In this document: positions 8,025 to 17,455 of the stretch, in pieces
Layout: the number at the start of each line of letters is the position of its first letter
Position numbering within the stretch: position 1 is the stretch's first letter
Virus record (IMG/VR): IMGVR_UViG_3300029886_000071
Reading direction: 5' to 3' (one strand)
Length of the DNA: 30,556 nt
Origin: a virus
Lineage: Duplodnaviria; Heunggongvirae; Uroviricota; Caudoviricetes
Notes under the pieces: model-generated
Told to the model about the DNA's origin: nothing
The model's input: the letters and a program-made list of their open reading frames with translations, nothing else
The model's database searches: none
Made by a program: the position numbers and the translations under genes

Positions 8025-9265
8025 TGTTCTTTTCGGGATTATTTCAACGAAAAAGTGACGCACCGGTGACCACGCCAGCAGAGCTGGCGGATGCTATCGG
8101 GTTGTCCTACGACACCTATACCGGAAAGCAGATCAGCAGCCAGCGGGCCATGCGACTGACGGCGGTTTTTTCCTGTGTCAGGGTGCTGGCGGAGTCGGTC
8201 GGGATGTTGCCCTGCAACCTGTATCACCTGAACGGCAGCCTGAAGCAGAGAGCCACTGGCGAACGTCTGCATAAGCTGATCTCCACGCATCCCAATGGCT
8301 ATATGACGCCGCAGGAGTTCTGGGAGCTGGTGGTCACCTGTCTGTGCCTGCGGGGAAACTTTTACGCCTACAAAGTGAAAGCATTTGGCGAAGTGGCTGA
8401 ACTGCTGCCCGTCGATCCCGGCTGTGTGGTACCGAAGCTTAACAGTAGCTGGGAGCCGGTCTATCAGGTCACATTCCCGGATGGCTCCACGGATGTACTG
8501 AGCCAGGAGGATATCTGGCATGTGCGCACGCTGACGCTGGACGGACTGGTGGGGCTGAATCCCATCGCCTATGCCCGCGAGGCAATATCGCTGGCGGCAG
8601 CGACCGAAGAGCACGGGGCCAGACTGTTCAGCAATGGCGCGGTGACGTCGGGTGTGTTGCGTACAGAGCAGACGCTGTCAGATCAGGCTTACGAGCGCCT
8701 GAAGAAAGATTTTGAGGAGCGTCACACCGGGCTTGGCAATGCTCACCGCCCGATGATCCTTGAGATGGGGCTGGACTGGAAGTCGATGGCGCTGAACGCC
8801 GAGGACAGCCAGTTCCTGGAAACCCGCAAGTTTCAGCTTGAAGAAATCTGTCGTCTGTTCCGGGTGCCATTGCACATGGTGCAGAACACCGATCGCGCCA
8901 CCTTCAACAATATCGAAGAGCTGGGGCTGGGATTTATCAACTATTCACTGGTGCCGTATCTGACCCGCATTGAGCAGCGGATCAACACCGGACTGGTACG
9001 AAAAAGTAAGCAGGGCGTTTATTACGCCAAATTTAACGCCGGGGCCTTACTGCGCGGGGATATGAAGTCCCGTTTTGAAGCCTACGCCACTGGGATCAAC
9101 TGGGGAATTTACTCTCCCAATGACTGCCGCGACCTGGAAGATATGAATCCGCGTCCCGGTGGTGATGTCTATCTCACACCGATGAACATGACCACGAAAC
9201 CCTCCGATGGCAGTAAAGCCGGTAAGCAGAAGGATAACGCCAATGCAGACGAAACAACGTCTTGA
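8024..9265 (+). CDS. Portal protein (HK97-type)
   Basis: 413-aa ORF, GTG start with GGAGG RBS; canonical position between large terminase and prohead protease. Confidence 0.85.
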   Translation: MFFSGLFQRKSDAPVTTPAELADAIGLSYDTYTGKQISSQRAMRLTAVFSCVRVLAESVGMLPCNLYHLNGSLKQRATGERLHKLISTHPNGYMTPQEFWELVVTCLCLRGNFYAYKVKAFGEVAELLPVDPGCVVPKLNSSWEPVYQVTFPDGSTDVLSQEDIWHVRTLTLDGLVGLNPIAYAREAISLAAATEEHGARLFSNGAVTSGVLRTEQTLSDQAYERLKKDFEERHTGLGNAHRPMILEMGLDWKSMALNAEDSQFLETRKFQLEEICRLFRVPLHMVQNTDRATFNNIEELGLGFINYSLVPYLTRIEQRINTGLVRKSKQGVYYAKFNAGALLRGDMKSRFEAYATGINWGIYSPNDCRDLEDMNPRPGGDVYLTPMNMTTKPSDGSKAGKQKDNANADETTS

Positions 9266-9893
9266 TGTACCGCTGAGTCTGAAATCTGTCAGTGATTCCG
9301 GTGAGTTTGAAGGGTATGGCTCCGTCTTTGGTGTAAAGGACAGCCACGATGATGTGGTGATGTCAGGGGCATTTGCCGCTTCCCTGCGGGCGTGGAGTGA
9401 CAGAAAAGCGTTACCTGCGCTGCTCTGGCAGCACCGCATGGATGAGCCCATCGGTGTTTACACCGAAATGAAGGAAGACGATGTCGGGCTTTACGTCAGG
9501 GGGCGGTTGCTCATTGATGATGATCCCCTCGCAAAACGCGCACATGCACACATGAAGGCCGGTTCGTTAACCGGCCTTTCTATTGGGTACGTCCTGAAAG
9601 ACTGGGAATACGACCGGAGCAAAGAAGCCTTTCTGCTGAAAGAAATCGACCTCTGGGAAGTCAGTCTGGTGACGTTCCCGTCTAACGACGAGGCGCGGAT
9701 CAGCGACGTCAAGAACGCACTGGCCCGCGGGGAAATCCCCGAACAGAAAAAAATCGAAAGAGTCCTGCGTGATGTCGGACTCTCCCGTACCCAGGCCAAA
9801 GCATTCATGGCCGGGGGCTATGGCGCACTGTCCCTGCGCGACGCTGAGGATGTGGGCTCTGCACTGAATGCACTGAAAAATCTGAACTTCTAA
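9243..9893 (+). CDS. Prohead maturation protease (HK97 family)
   Basis: ORF 9207..9893; ATG 9243 has AAGGA RBS and overlaps the portal end; position between portal and capsid. Confidence 0.8.
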   Translation: MQTKQRLDVPLSLKSVSDSGEFEGYGSVFGVKDSHDDVVMSGAFAASLRAWSDRKALPALLWQHRMDEPIGVYTEMKEDDVGLYVRGRLLIDDDPLAKRAHAHMKAGSLTGLSIGYVLKDWEYDRSKEAFLLKEIDLWEVSLVTFPSNDEARISDVKNALARGEIPEQKKIERVLRDVGLSRTQAKAFMAGGYGALSLRDAEDVGSALNALKNLNF

Positions 9894-9907
9894 TCAGGAG
9901 AAATACG

Positions 9908-11113
9908 ATGGCGGTTGATATTAAAGATGTCGAACAGGTCGCGCAGGAGCTGCAGCAGAAGTTTGACGACTTCAAGGCAAAGAACGACAAGCGCGTGGAT
10001 GCGATTGAGCAGGAAAAAGGCAAGCTTGCCGGGCAGGTGGAAACCCTGAACGGGAAACTCAGCGAGCTGGAAAATCTCAAAAGCGACCTTGAAAAAGAGC
10101 TGCTTGAGCTGAAACGTCCGGCAGGTGGAGCGCAAAATAAACTGGCCACCGAGCATAAAGAGGCGTTTGTGGGCTTCCTGCGTAAAGGCCGTGAAGACGG
10201 TCTGCGCGATCTGGAGCGTAAGGCATTGCAGGTGGGTACCGATGAAGACGGTGGCTACGCCGTGCCGGAAGAACTGGATCGCAACATTCTTAACCTGCTG
10301 AAAGATGAAGTGGTGATGCGTCAGGAAGCCACGGTGATCACCGTTGGCGGTTCCGACTACAAAAAACTGGTGAATCTGGGCGGTACGGCTTCCGGATGGG
10401 TGGGGGAAACGGATACGCGATCCCAGACTGCCACCTCCAGACTGGAGCTGATTGAACCTCTCATGGGGGAAATCTACGGCAACCCGCAGGCTACCCAGAA
10501 AATGCTGGACGATGCCTTCTTCAACGTGGAGGCCTGGATCAACAGCGAGCTGGCAACCGAATTTGCCGAACAGGAAGAAATTGCCTTTACCTCAGGCGAT
10601 GGCACCAAGAAGCCGAAAGGGTTCCTGGCGTATGAATCCACTGATGAAACCGACAAGGTCCGGGCGTTCGGCAAACTTCAGCATATTGTATCCGGCGAAG
10701 CGACCGCGGTGACCGCAGACGCCATTATCAAACTGATTTACACGCTGCGTAAGGCACACCGCACTGGCGCGAAGTTCATGATGAACAACAACAGCCTGTT
10801 TGCCATCCGTCTGCTGAAAGACACCGAGGGTAACTATCTGTGGCGTCCGGGGCTGGAACTGGGGCAGCCGTCCTCTCTGGCGGGTTACGGTATCGCTGAA
10901 AACGAACAGATGCCGGATATCGCCGCTGATGCGAAAGCCATTGCATTTGGTAACTTCAAACGGGGTTACACCATCGTTGACCGTATCGGCACCCGCATTC
11001 TGCGTGACCCGTACACCAATAAACCGTTTGTCGGTTTTTATACCACCAAGCGCACCGGCGGGATGCTGGTCGATTCGCAGGCCATCAAACTGCTGAAGAT
11101 TGCAGCGGCGTAA
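9908..11113 (+). CDS. Major capsid protein (HK97 fold) with N-terminal coiled-coil delta/scaffold domain
   Basis: 401-aa ORF with AGGAG RBS; N-terminal heptad-rich KFDDFKAKNDKRVDAIEQEKGKLAGQVETLNGKLSELENLKSDLEKELLELK typical of HK97 delta domains. Confidence 0.88.
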   Translation: MAVDIKDVEQVAQELQQKFDDFKAKNDKRVDAIEQEKGKLAGQVETLNGKLSELENLKSDLEKELLELKRPAGGAQNKLATEHKEAFVGFLRKGREDGLRDLERKALQVGTDEDGGYAVPEELDRNILNLLKDEVVMRQEATVITVGGSDYKKLVNLGGTASGWVGETDTRSQTATSRLELIEPLMGEIYGNPQATQKMLDDAFFNVEAWINSELATEFAEQEEIAFTSGDGTKKPKGFLAYESTDETDKVRAFGKLQHIVSGEATAVTADAIIKLIYTLRKAHRTGAKFMMNNNSLFAIRLLKDTEGNYLWRPGLELGQPSSLAGYGIAENEQMPDIAADAKAIAFGNFKRGYTIVDRIGTRILRDPYTNKPFVGFYTTKRTGGMLVDSQAIKLLKIAAA

Positions 11114-11120
11114 TCACTCA

Positions 11121-11150
11121 GGGGCGCGGAACCGCGCCCCCTGTTCTGAC
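11121..11150 (+). terminator. GC-rich hairpin after the capsid gene (partial terminator or RNA stability element)
   Basis: GGGGCGCGG-AA-CCGCGCCCC perfect inverted repeat immediately 3' of the capsid stop, followed by CTGTTCTG. Confidence 0.35.
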
Positions 11151-11162
11151 GGGTGAAGAATC

Positions 11163-11363
11163 ATGATCCTGAAACAAGATCTGAAATGGTCACCGGACGG
11201 TATGCGTGTTGAGGTCATTCAGGCCGGTGAGTATGACGACGGGGCGCTTCCTGCCCGGGTGCAGGAGATTGCACTTCAGGCCGGGTTAGCAGAGCGCGGA
11301 ATCAGTGCAAAAAGCAGTAAAGCGGCAAAAGAGAAAAAAGCCACGACCAGTAAAGAGGGCTGA
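11163..11363 (+). CDS. Small hypothetical head-module protein
   Basis: 66-aa ORF tightly placed between capsid and connector genes. Confidence 0.4.
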   Translation: MILKQDLKWSPDGMRVEVIQAGEYDDGALPARVQEIALQAGLAERGISAKSSKAAKEKKATTSKEG

Positions 11364-11365
11364 GT

Positions 11366-11689
11366 ATGCTTCTGACAATGGAAGAGATTAAAGCCCAACT
11401 CCGGCTGGATGAGGATTTCGATACTGATGACCGCCATCTGCAACTGCTGGCATGTGCGGCACAAAAGCGGACGGAAACGTATCTGAACCGGAAGCTCTAT
11501 GCACCGGATGAAACCATTCCGGACAGCGATCCGGATGGGCTGCACCTGCCGGATGATATTCGTCTGGGGATGCTGATGCTTATCAGCCATTTTTACGAAA
11601 ACCGCTCGTCGGTTACGGAAGTGGAGAAACTCGACATGCCGCAGAGTTTTGGCTGGCTTGTCGGCCCGTACAGGTACTTTCCGCAATGA
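11366..11689 (+). CDS. Head-tail connector protein (gp6-like)
   Basis: 107-aa ORF; N-terminus MEEIKAQLRLDEDFDTDD typical of this family; conserved position after capsid. Confidence 0.65.
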   Translation: MLLTMEEIKAQLRLDEDFDTDDRHLQLLACAAQKRTETYLNRKLYAPDETIPDSDPDGLHLPDDIRLGMLMLISHFYENRSSVTEVEKLDMPQSFGWLVGPYRYFPQ

Positions 11690-12096
11690 AAATTCGTCAG
11701 GCGCAGACCAGCGCAACCTACATTCTGCCGGACCCCGGTGAACTGAATAAACGCGTCCTGATCCGCCTGCGGGTGGATATGCCCGCGGATAACTTTGGCG
11801 TGGAGCCTCAATACCCGGTTACGTTCCGGACATGGGCGAAGGTTATCCAGACCAGTGCCACCACCTGGCAGGAAACCGCGCAGACCGGGGACGCCATCAC
11901 CCATTACATCACCATTCGTTACCGCCGGGGGATCAGCGCTGATTATGAGGTGGTCTGCGGTGACAGTGTGTACCGGGTGAAACGTCAGCGCGATCTGAAC
12001 GGGGCGCGGCGCTTTCTGCTGCTGGAGTGTACGGAGCTGGGCGAATGTAGGCAGAGTCACGGAGGCAACAATGACGACTTCCTTTTTGCACGTTGA
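11686..12096 (+). CDS. Head closure / head-tail adaptor protein
   Basis: 136-aa ORF, start overlaps the previous stop; position in head-completion block. Confidence 0.55.
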   Translation: MKIRQAQTSATYILPDPGELNKRVLIRLRVDMPADNFGVEPQYPVTFRTWAKVIQTSATTWQETAQTGDAITHYITIRYRRGISADYEVVCGDSVYRVKRQRDLNGARRFLLLECTELGECRQSHGGNNDDFLFAR

Positions 12097-12577
12097 TTTT
12101 CAGCAGCCCGCGGAGATACGCTTTAACCGCGCCCGTGTCCGGCGGGCGTTTGTCACGATTGGTCAGCGTCATATGCGTGATGCCCGTCGGCTGGTGATGC
12201 GCCGTGCGCGGTCGGCACCGGGTGAAAACCCCGGTTATCAGACCGGACGCCTGGCTCGTTCGATTGGTTACATGGTACCCAGAGCCAGTAAACATCGCCC
12301 TGGTTTTATGGCACGTATAGCCCCTAACCAGCGTAATGGAGAGGGAAACCGCCGTATCACCGGTGATTTTTATCCGGCTTTTTTGTTCTATGGCGTGAGG
12401 CGAGGGGCAAAGCGTCGTCGCAGCAATCATCGTGGTGCATCCGGTGGCAGCGGCTGGCGACTGGCTCCACGTAATAACTTCATGGTGGAAACTCTTGAAA
12501 AGAACCGCAGCTGGACACGCTATTTTCTGGCGCGGGAATTGCGTAAATCACTGAAGCCGGAGCGACGACACAGATGA
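12071..12577 (+). CDS. HK97 gp10-like neck / tail-completion protein
   Basis: 168-aa basic ORF in the head-tail joining block; assignment by position and size. Confidence 0.5.
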   Translation: MTTSFLHVDFQQPAEIRFNRARVRRAFVTIGQRHMRDARRLVMRRARSAPGENPGYQTGRLARSIGYMVPRASKHRPGFMARIAPNQRNGEGNRRITGDFYPAFLFYGVRRGAKRRRSNHRGASGGSGWRLAPRNNFMVETLEKNRSWTRYFLARELRKSLKPERRHR

Positions 12578-13134
12578 AACTGACGCCTGTTATTGCTGCA
12601 CTGCGTGCCCGCTGTCCGTATTTTGAGAACCGGGTTGCAGGCGCGGCCCAGTTCAAAAATCTGCCGGAGGTCGGAAAGCTGAAACTCCCGGCGGCATATG
12701 TTGTACCGGGTGATGATTCTCCGGGAGAAAACAAAAGCCAGACCGACTACTGGCAGGAGCTGAAAGAGGGTTTCTCCGTGGTTGTCATACTGAGTAACGG
12801 GCGTGATGAGCGCGGTCAGTTTGCCTCGTATGATGTGGTGGGCGATGTCCGGCAGATGCTCTTTAAGGCTCTGCTGGGCTGGAACCCGGAGGCGTGCGGT
12901 AACCCGATTACCTATGACGGCGGCACGCTGCTGGATCTGAATCGTCATGAGCTGATTTATCAGTTCGATTTTTCGGTCATCAGCGAGCTGACCGAAGACG
13001 ATACCCGCCAGCAGGATGACCTGAACAGTCTGGATGAACTGCGAACGCTGGCGATTGATGTTGATTATCTCGATCCCGGTAACGGGCCTGACGGCGATAT
13101 TGAACATCACACCGAAATAACCCTTCCTTCCTGA
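12574..13134 (+). CDS. Mu-like virion morphogenesis / tail terminator-type protein
   Basis: 186-aa ORF overlapping the previous stop, directly upstream of the sheath gene. Confidence 0.5.
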   Translation: MKLTPVIAALRARCPYFENRVAGAAQFKNLPEVGKLKLPAAYVVPGDDSPGENKSQTDYWQELKEGFSVVVILSNGRDERGQFASYDVVGDVRQMLFKALLGWNPEACGNPITYDGGTLLDLNRHELIYQFDFSVISELTEDDTRQQDDLNSLDELRTLAIDVDYLDPGNGPDGDIEHHTEITLPS

Positions 13135-13142
13135 GAATCTTC

Positions 13143-13313
13143 ATGTTTGTGAAACCTGTTAAAGGGCGGTCAGTTCCTGACCCTGCCCGCGGCGACCTTT
13201 TGCCCGCCGAAGGGCGAAATGTTGACGAGAACAACTACTGGCTGCGCCGTGAAGCAGCGGGTGATATCCGGCGCGTGAATAAAAAGGTGAACACCGATGA
13301 CGATAAGCTTTAA
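13143..13313 (+). CDS. Small conserved Mu-like phage protein (DUF2635-like)
   Basis: 56-codon ORF not in the supplied track (MFVKPVKGRSVPDPARGDLLPAEGRNVDENNYWLRREAAGDIRRVNKKVN...), overlapping the sheath start by 17 nt; resembles small proteins that precede sheath genes in Mu-like tails. Confidence 0.4.
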   Translation: MFVKPVKGRSVPDPARGDLLPAEGRNVDENNYWLRREAAGDIRRVNKKVNTDDDKL

Positions 13314-14793
13314 CACCATTCCGTCGAATACGCTGGTTCCGCTGTTTTATGCGGAAATGGATAACCAGGCGGCGAATACTGCACAGGACAGCGGAGCATC
13401 GCTGCTGATTGGTCATGCCAATAACGGTGCAGAGATTGTTGCCAACAGTCTGGTACTGATGCCGTCGGCAGACTATGCACGCCAGATTTGTGGTGCGGGA
13501 AGTCAGCTGGCGCGTATGGTCGAGGCTTATCGCCAGACTGACCCGTTTGGCGAGCTGTATGTGATTGCCGTTCCGGAAGCCACAGGCGCGGCGGCAACGG
13601 TTACGCTGACGGTGACCGGGGCAGCAACCGAAACCGGCACGGTGAATGTGTATGTGGGACGTACCCGCGTGCAGGCACCGGTGACCAACGGCGATAACGT
13701 CACGACGATTGCCGGCAGTATCCAGGATGCCATCAATGCCGTTCCGGCCCTGCCGTTTACGGCCTCATCTTCGGCAGGCGTGGTCACACTGACCGCGCGT
13801 CATAAGGGGCTTTGCGGGAATGAAATTCCTGTCAGCCTCAATTACTACGGCTTTGGTGGGGGCGAAGTGCTGCCAGCGGGCGTACAGATTGCCGTGGCGA
13901 CGGGGAGCGCCGGAACGGGCGCTCCGGTTCTCACCGGTGCGGTGGCTGCAATGGCGGATGAGCCGTTTGATTATATCGGTCTGCCGTTCAACGACACGGC
14001 CTCCGTTAACACGCTGGTGACCGAGATGAACGATACCAGCGGTCGCTGGAGCTATGCGCGTCAGCTGTATGGTCATGTGTATACGGCAAAGATCGGCACG
14101 CTGTCAGAACTGGTGACCGCAGGTGACCAGTTTAACCAGCAGCACATTACCCTGGCGGGATACGAAAAAGACACTCAGACGCCAGCCGACGAGCTGGCGG
14201 CAAGCCGTACCGCCCGCGCAGCGGTGTTTATTCGCAACGATCCGGCACGGCCCACGCAGACCGGTGAGCTGGTGGGTATGCTGCCTGCGCCGAAGGGGAA
14301 ACGGTTCACGATGACCGAGCAACAGACCCTGCTGTCTCATGGCGTGGCAACGGCGTATGTCGAAAGCGGGGGGCTGCGCATTCAGCGTGATGTCACCACG
14401 TACAGGAAAAATGCTTACGGGGTTGCGGATAACAGCTACCTCGACAGCGAGACGCTGCATACCAGTGCGTATGTACTGCGCAAACTGAAATCCGTCATTA
14501 CCAGTAAGTACGGGCGTCACAAGCTTGCCAGCGACGGTACCCGCTTTGGTCCCGGTCAGGCGATTGTCACTCCGGCGGTAATCAAAGGGGAACTGCTGGC
14601 AACCTACCGTCAGCTTGAGCGTGCGGGGATCGTGGAAAACTACGAACTGTTTAAGCAGTACCTGGTTGTGGAGCGTGATGCCAGCGATCCGAACCGCCTG
14701 AACACGCTGTTCCCGCCTGACTATGTTAACCAGTTGCGTGTTTTTGCCGTGGTTAACCAGTTCCGTCTTCAGTATTCAGAGGAGTCTGCATAA
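13297..14793 (+). CDS. Tail sheath protein (Mu-like contractile tail)
   Basis: 498-aa ORF immediately followed by tube, chaperone and tape measure genes. Confidence 0.85.
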   Translation: MTISFNTIPSNTLVPLFYAEMDNQAANTAQDSGASLLIGHANNGAEIVANSLVLMPSADYARQICGAGSQLARMVEAYRQTDPFGELYVIAVPEATGAAATVTLTVTGAATETGTVNVYVGRTRVQAPVTNGDNVTTIAGSIQDAINAVPALPFTASSSAGVVTLTARHKGLCGNEIPVSLNYYGFGGGEVLPAGVQIAVATGSAGTGAPVLTGAVAAMADEPFDYIGLPFNDTASVNTLVTEMNDTSGRWSYARQLYGHVYTAKIGTLSELVTAGDQFNQQHITLAGYEKDTQTPADELAASRTARAAVFIRNDPARPTQTGELVGMLPAPKGKRFTMTEQQTLLSHGVATAYVESGGLRIQRDVTTYRKNAYGVADNSYLDSETLHTSAYVLRKLKSVITSKYGRHKLASDGTRFGPGQAIVTPAVIKGELLATYRQLERAGIVENYELFKQYLVVERDASDPNRLNTLFPPDYVNQLRVFAVVNQFRLQYSEESA

Positions 14794-15149
14794 TGGCCCG
14801 TATCGGGGGAACCTGTTATTTCAAAATTGACGGTCAGCAGCTATCGCTGACCGGCGGCATTGAGGTGCCTATGAACAGGACGGTCAATGATGACATCATC
14901 GGCCTGGACGGTTCAGTGGACCGCAAGGAAACTCACCGTGCGCCTTATGTCAAAGGGACCTTCAAGGTGCCGAAGAATTTTCCGGTGAGCAAAATCACCT
15001 CGTCTGATGAGATGACCATCACTGCCGAGCTGGCGAACGGTCAGGTCTATGTATTGTCGTCAGCCTGGCTGCACGGCGAAGCGAACCATAATGCCGAAGA
15101 AGGTACGGTTGATCTTGAGTTCCACGGTGAAGAAGGGGATTACCAGTAA
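14793..15149 (+). CDS. Tail tube protein
   Basis: 118-aa ORF, ATG overlaps the sheath stop; position between sheath and chaperone. Confidence 0.75.
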   Translation: MARIGGTCYFKIDGQQLSLTGGIEVPMNRTVNDDIIGLDGSVDRKETHRAPYVKGTFKVPKNFPVSKITSSDEMTITAELANGQVYVLSSAWLHGEANHNAEEGTVDLEFHGEEGDYQ

Positions 15150-15418
15150 TGAAAGAGCTTGAGTTAAAGAAACCGATTATCGCTCATGGCGAGACACTCT
15201 CCGTACTGGAGTTTGATGAACCCACCGGGAAGGATGTCCGCGAGCTGGGGTATCCCTACCAGATGAATCAGGATGAGTCCGTCAGACTTCTGGCGCATGT
15301 GGTGTCGAAATACATTGTGCGGCTGGCGAAAGTGCCGCAAAGCTCTGTCGACCAGATGTCTCCGGCAGACCTGAATGCAGCGGCGTGGCTTGTGGCTGGT
15401 TTTTTCCTCCAGGCCTGA
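15149..15418 (+). CDS. Tail assembly chaperone, short (zero-frame) product
   Basis: 89-aa ORF directly upstream of the tape measure gene; contains slippery heptamer near its 3' end. Confidence 0.6.
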   Translation: MKELELKKPIIAHGETLSVLEFDEPTGKDVRELGYPYQMNQDESVRLLAHVVSKYIVRLAKVPQSSVDQMSPADLNAAAWLVAGFFLQA

Positions 15419-15567
15419 CGGCTGAATACCTCACTGATCGCTTCTTTGACTGCGCCAGCTACTGGCGCATTAATCCCTTCGAATTGCTGAATATGCCGAT
15501 CAGTGAAATTCCCTTGCTGGTCAGTCAGGCAAACAGGATAGAGCAGGAGAAACGCACACATGGCTGA
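15385..15567 (+). CDS. Tail assembly chaperone -1 frame extension (expressed as a fusion with 15149..15406 by programmed frameshift)
   Basis: ORF in the -1 frame overlapping the end of the chaperone and ending at the tape measure start. Confidence 0.5.
   Translation: MACGWFFPPGLTAEYLTDRFFDCASYWRINPFELLNMPISEIPLLVSQANRIEQEKRTHG
15400..15406 (+). other. Candidate -1 programmed ribosomal frameshift slippery heptamer T_TTT_TTC
   Basis: Zero-frame codons GGT TTT TTC at the chaperone overlap; the -1 frame stays open to 15567. Confidence 0.5.
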
Positions 15568-17395
15568 ATTTGAGCTTAAGGCGTTGATCACCGGTGTCGA
15601 CAGGCTTTCTCCCGCGCTGTCGAAAATGCAAAAGAAAATCCGGGGATTTAAACGCCAGGCGGAAGAAGCGTCACAGGGTGGGCTGGCGCTTGGTGGCGGA
15701 CTGGCTGCGGGTCTGACGCTTTCCCTGAAATCTTATGCCGATCAGGAAAACGCCGCCACCGGGCTGAAAGTCGCCATGATGGATGCGAACGGCGAGGTTG
15801 GAAAGAGCTTTCAGGACATCAATAAACTGGCTATTGGTCTGGGTAACCAGCTACCCGGTACAACGGCTGATTTCCAGAACATGATGCAGATGCTGGTGCG
15901 TCAGGGGATCCCGGCAGAAAACATTCTGGGTGGTGTGGGTAAAGCGACAGCTTATCTTGCGGTACAACTGAAAAAAACACCGGAAGCGGCTGCTGAGTTT
16001 GCTGCAAAGATGCAGGATGCTACCGGAACGGCGTCAGAAGACATGATGGGGCTGTTCGACACTATCCAGAAGGCGTTTTATCTGGGCGTTGACGATACCA
16101 ACATGTTGTCCTTCTTCACTAAAACCAGTTCTGTTCTGAAGATGGTGAACAAGGACGGTCTTCAGGCTGCACAGAGCCTTGCCCCCATCAGCGTCATGAT
16201 GGATCAGATGGGGATGAACGGGGAGTCGGCAGGTAATGCCCTGCGAAAAGTTATCCAGTCCGGATTAAGCGTTAAGAAAATCAGGGACGTCAATAAAGTC
16301 ATGGCCCGCCAGAAACTCGGGGTACAGCTCGATTTTACTGACGGCAAAGGAAGTTTTGGCGGTCTTGATAACATGTTCAGGCAACTGGCAAAGCTGCGAA
16401 AACTGACCGACGTTAAGCGAACAGGTGTACTTAAGGCAATATTTGGTGATGATGCCGAAACCCTTCAGGTGGTCAATGCACTAATCGATAAAGGAAAGGA
16501 TGGCTACGATCAGATCCAGCAGAAGATGAATAAACAGGCCAGCCTGAATAAACGTGTTCAGGCCCAGCTTGGTACGCTGTCCAACCTGTGGGAGGCAATG
16601 ACGGGGACCGCAACTAACGGCCTTGCGGCTATTGGCGGCGCATTTTCTGGTGACGCTAAAAATATCACGCAATGGCTGGGGGAGTTGGGGGAAAAATTCA
16701 CGAAGTTTGCGGATGAAAATCCCCGGGTTATTCGCGGCGTCGTCGGGCTTGCTGCCGGTCTTGCGATTCTGAAACTGGGATTGATGGGCGTTGGCGGTGC
16801 CATCAGTATTGTCAGCAGGATCATGTCGATGACGCCGATTGGCATGATTGCGACGGCGATAGCCCTGGCTGCGGGATTAATTATCACTAACTGGGATGCT
16901 GTCGGACCTTATTTTAAGAAACTCTGGGAAACCATTGGTCCTTATTTTGAGGCTGGCCGGGAACTCCTTAAGAAAGTTTTTGCCTGGTCGCCGCTGGGGA
17001 TGGTGATCAATAACTGGGGGCCGGTTGTTAAGTGGTTTCAGGATATGTGGGACAAGCTGAAGCCAATTATTGAGTGGTTTACCGACAGTTACGGTTACAC
17101 GGTCGATGCCATTAACTCTGCGCAGTGGGGCGCGGGTGCTTATGATGCTTATGGGACGGGAATACCGGCGCGGGGATACACACCTTATCCGGCGGTGGAT
17201 CCGGCTCAGTCAAACAACGCCTCCGATGCCACAGGCCCGAATCCCTTCATGATTAACAAAGCTTCTGCGCCAAAAGTTGATGGTGAGATCAAGGTCTCTT
17301 TTGTGAATTCGCCTCCGGGTATGCGGGTTATGGAAACGCGATCCAGCGGTTTTGATGTCAGCCATGATGTTGGCTATACGCGCTTTGGCAGGTAA
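15560..17395 (+). CDS. Tail tape measure protein
   Basis: 611-aa ORF following the chaperone pair; Ala/Gly-rich hydrophobic stretches. Confidence 0.85.
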   Translation: MAEFELKALITGVDRLSPALSKMQKKIRGFKRQAEEASQGGLALGGGLAAGLTLSLKSYADQENAATGLKVAMMDANGEVGKSFQDINKLAIGLGNQLPGTTADFQNMMQMLVRQGIPAENILGGVGKATAYLAVQLKKTPEAAAEFAAKMQDATGTASEDMMGLFDTIQKAFYLGVDDTNMLSFFTKTSSVLKMVNKDGLQAAQSLAPISVMMDQMGMNGESAGNALRKVIQSGLSVKKIRDVNKVMARQKLGVQLDFTDGKGSFGGLDNMFRQLAKLRKLTDVKRTGVLKAIFGDDAETLQVVNALIDKGKDGYDQIQQKMNKQASLNKRVQAQLGTLSNLWEAMTGTATNGLAAIGGAFSGDAKNITQWLGELGEKFTKFADENPRVIRGVVGLAAGLAILKLGLMGVGGAISIVSRIMSMTPIGMIATAIALAAGLIITNWDAVGPYFKKLWETIGPYFEAGRELLKKVFAWSPLGMVINNWGPVVKWFQDMWDKLKPIIEWFTDSYGYTVDAINSAQWGAGAYDAYGTGIPARGYTPYPAVDPAQSNNASDATGPNPFMINKASAPKVDGEIKVSFVNSPPGMRVMETRSSGFDVSHDVGYTRFGR

Positions 17396-17455
17396 TGAAA
17401 AATTAATCTGTTAATGAGTCCCACTCCGGTGGGATTTTTTATGTACGGAGTTTAT

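Noticed and set aside
8039-8614. Long antisense ORFs inside structural genes (for example 8039..8614, 12520..13110, 18136..18633, 20363..20821 on the minus strand)
   Set aside because: They lie wholly antisense within longer, well-supported, tightly packed phage genes in GC-rich DNA, where spurious open frames are common; no RBS or operon context supports them.
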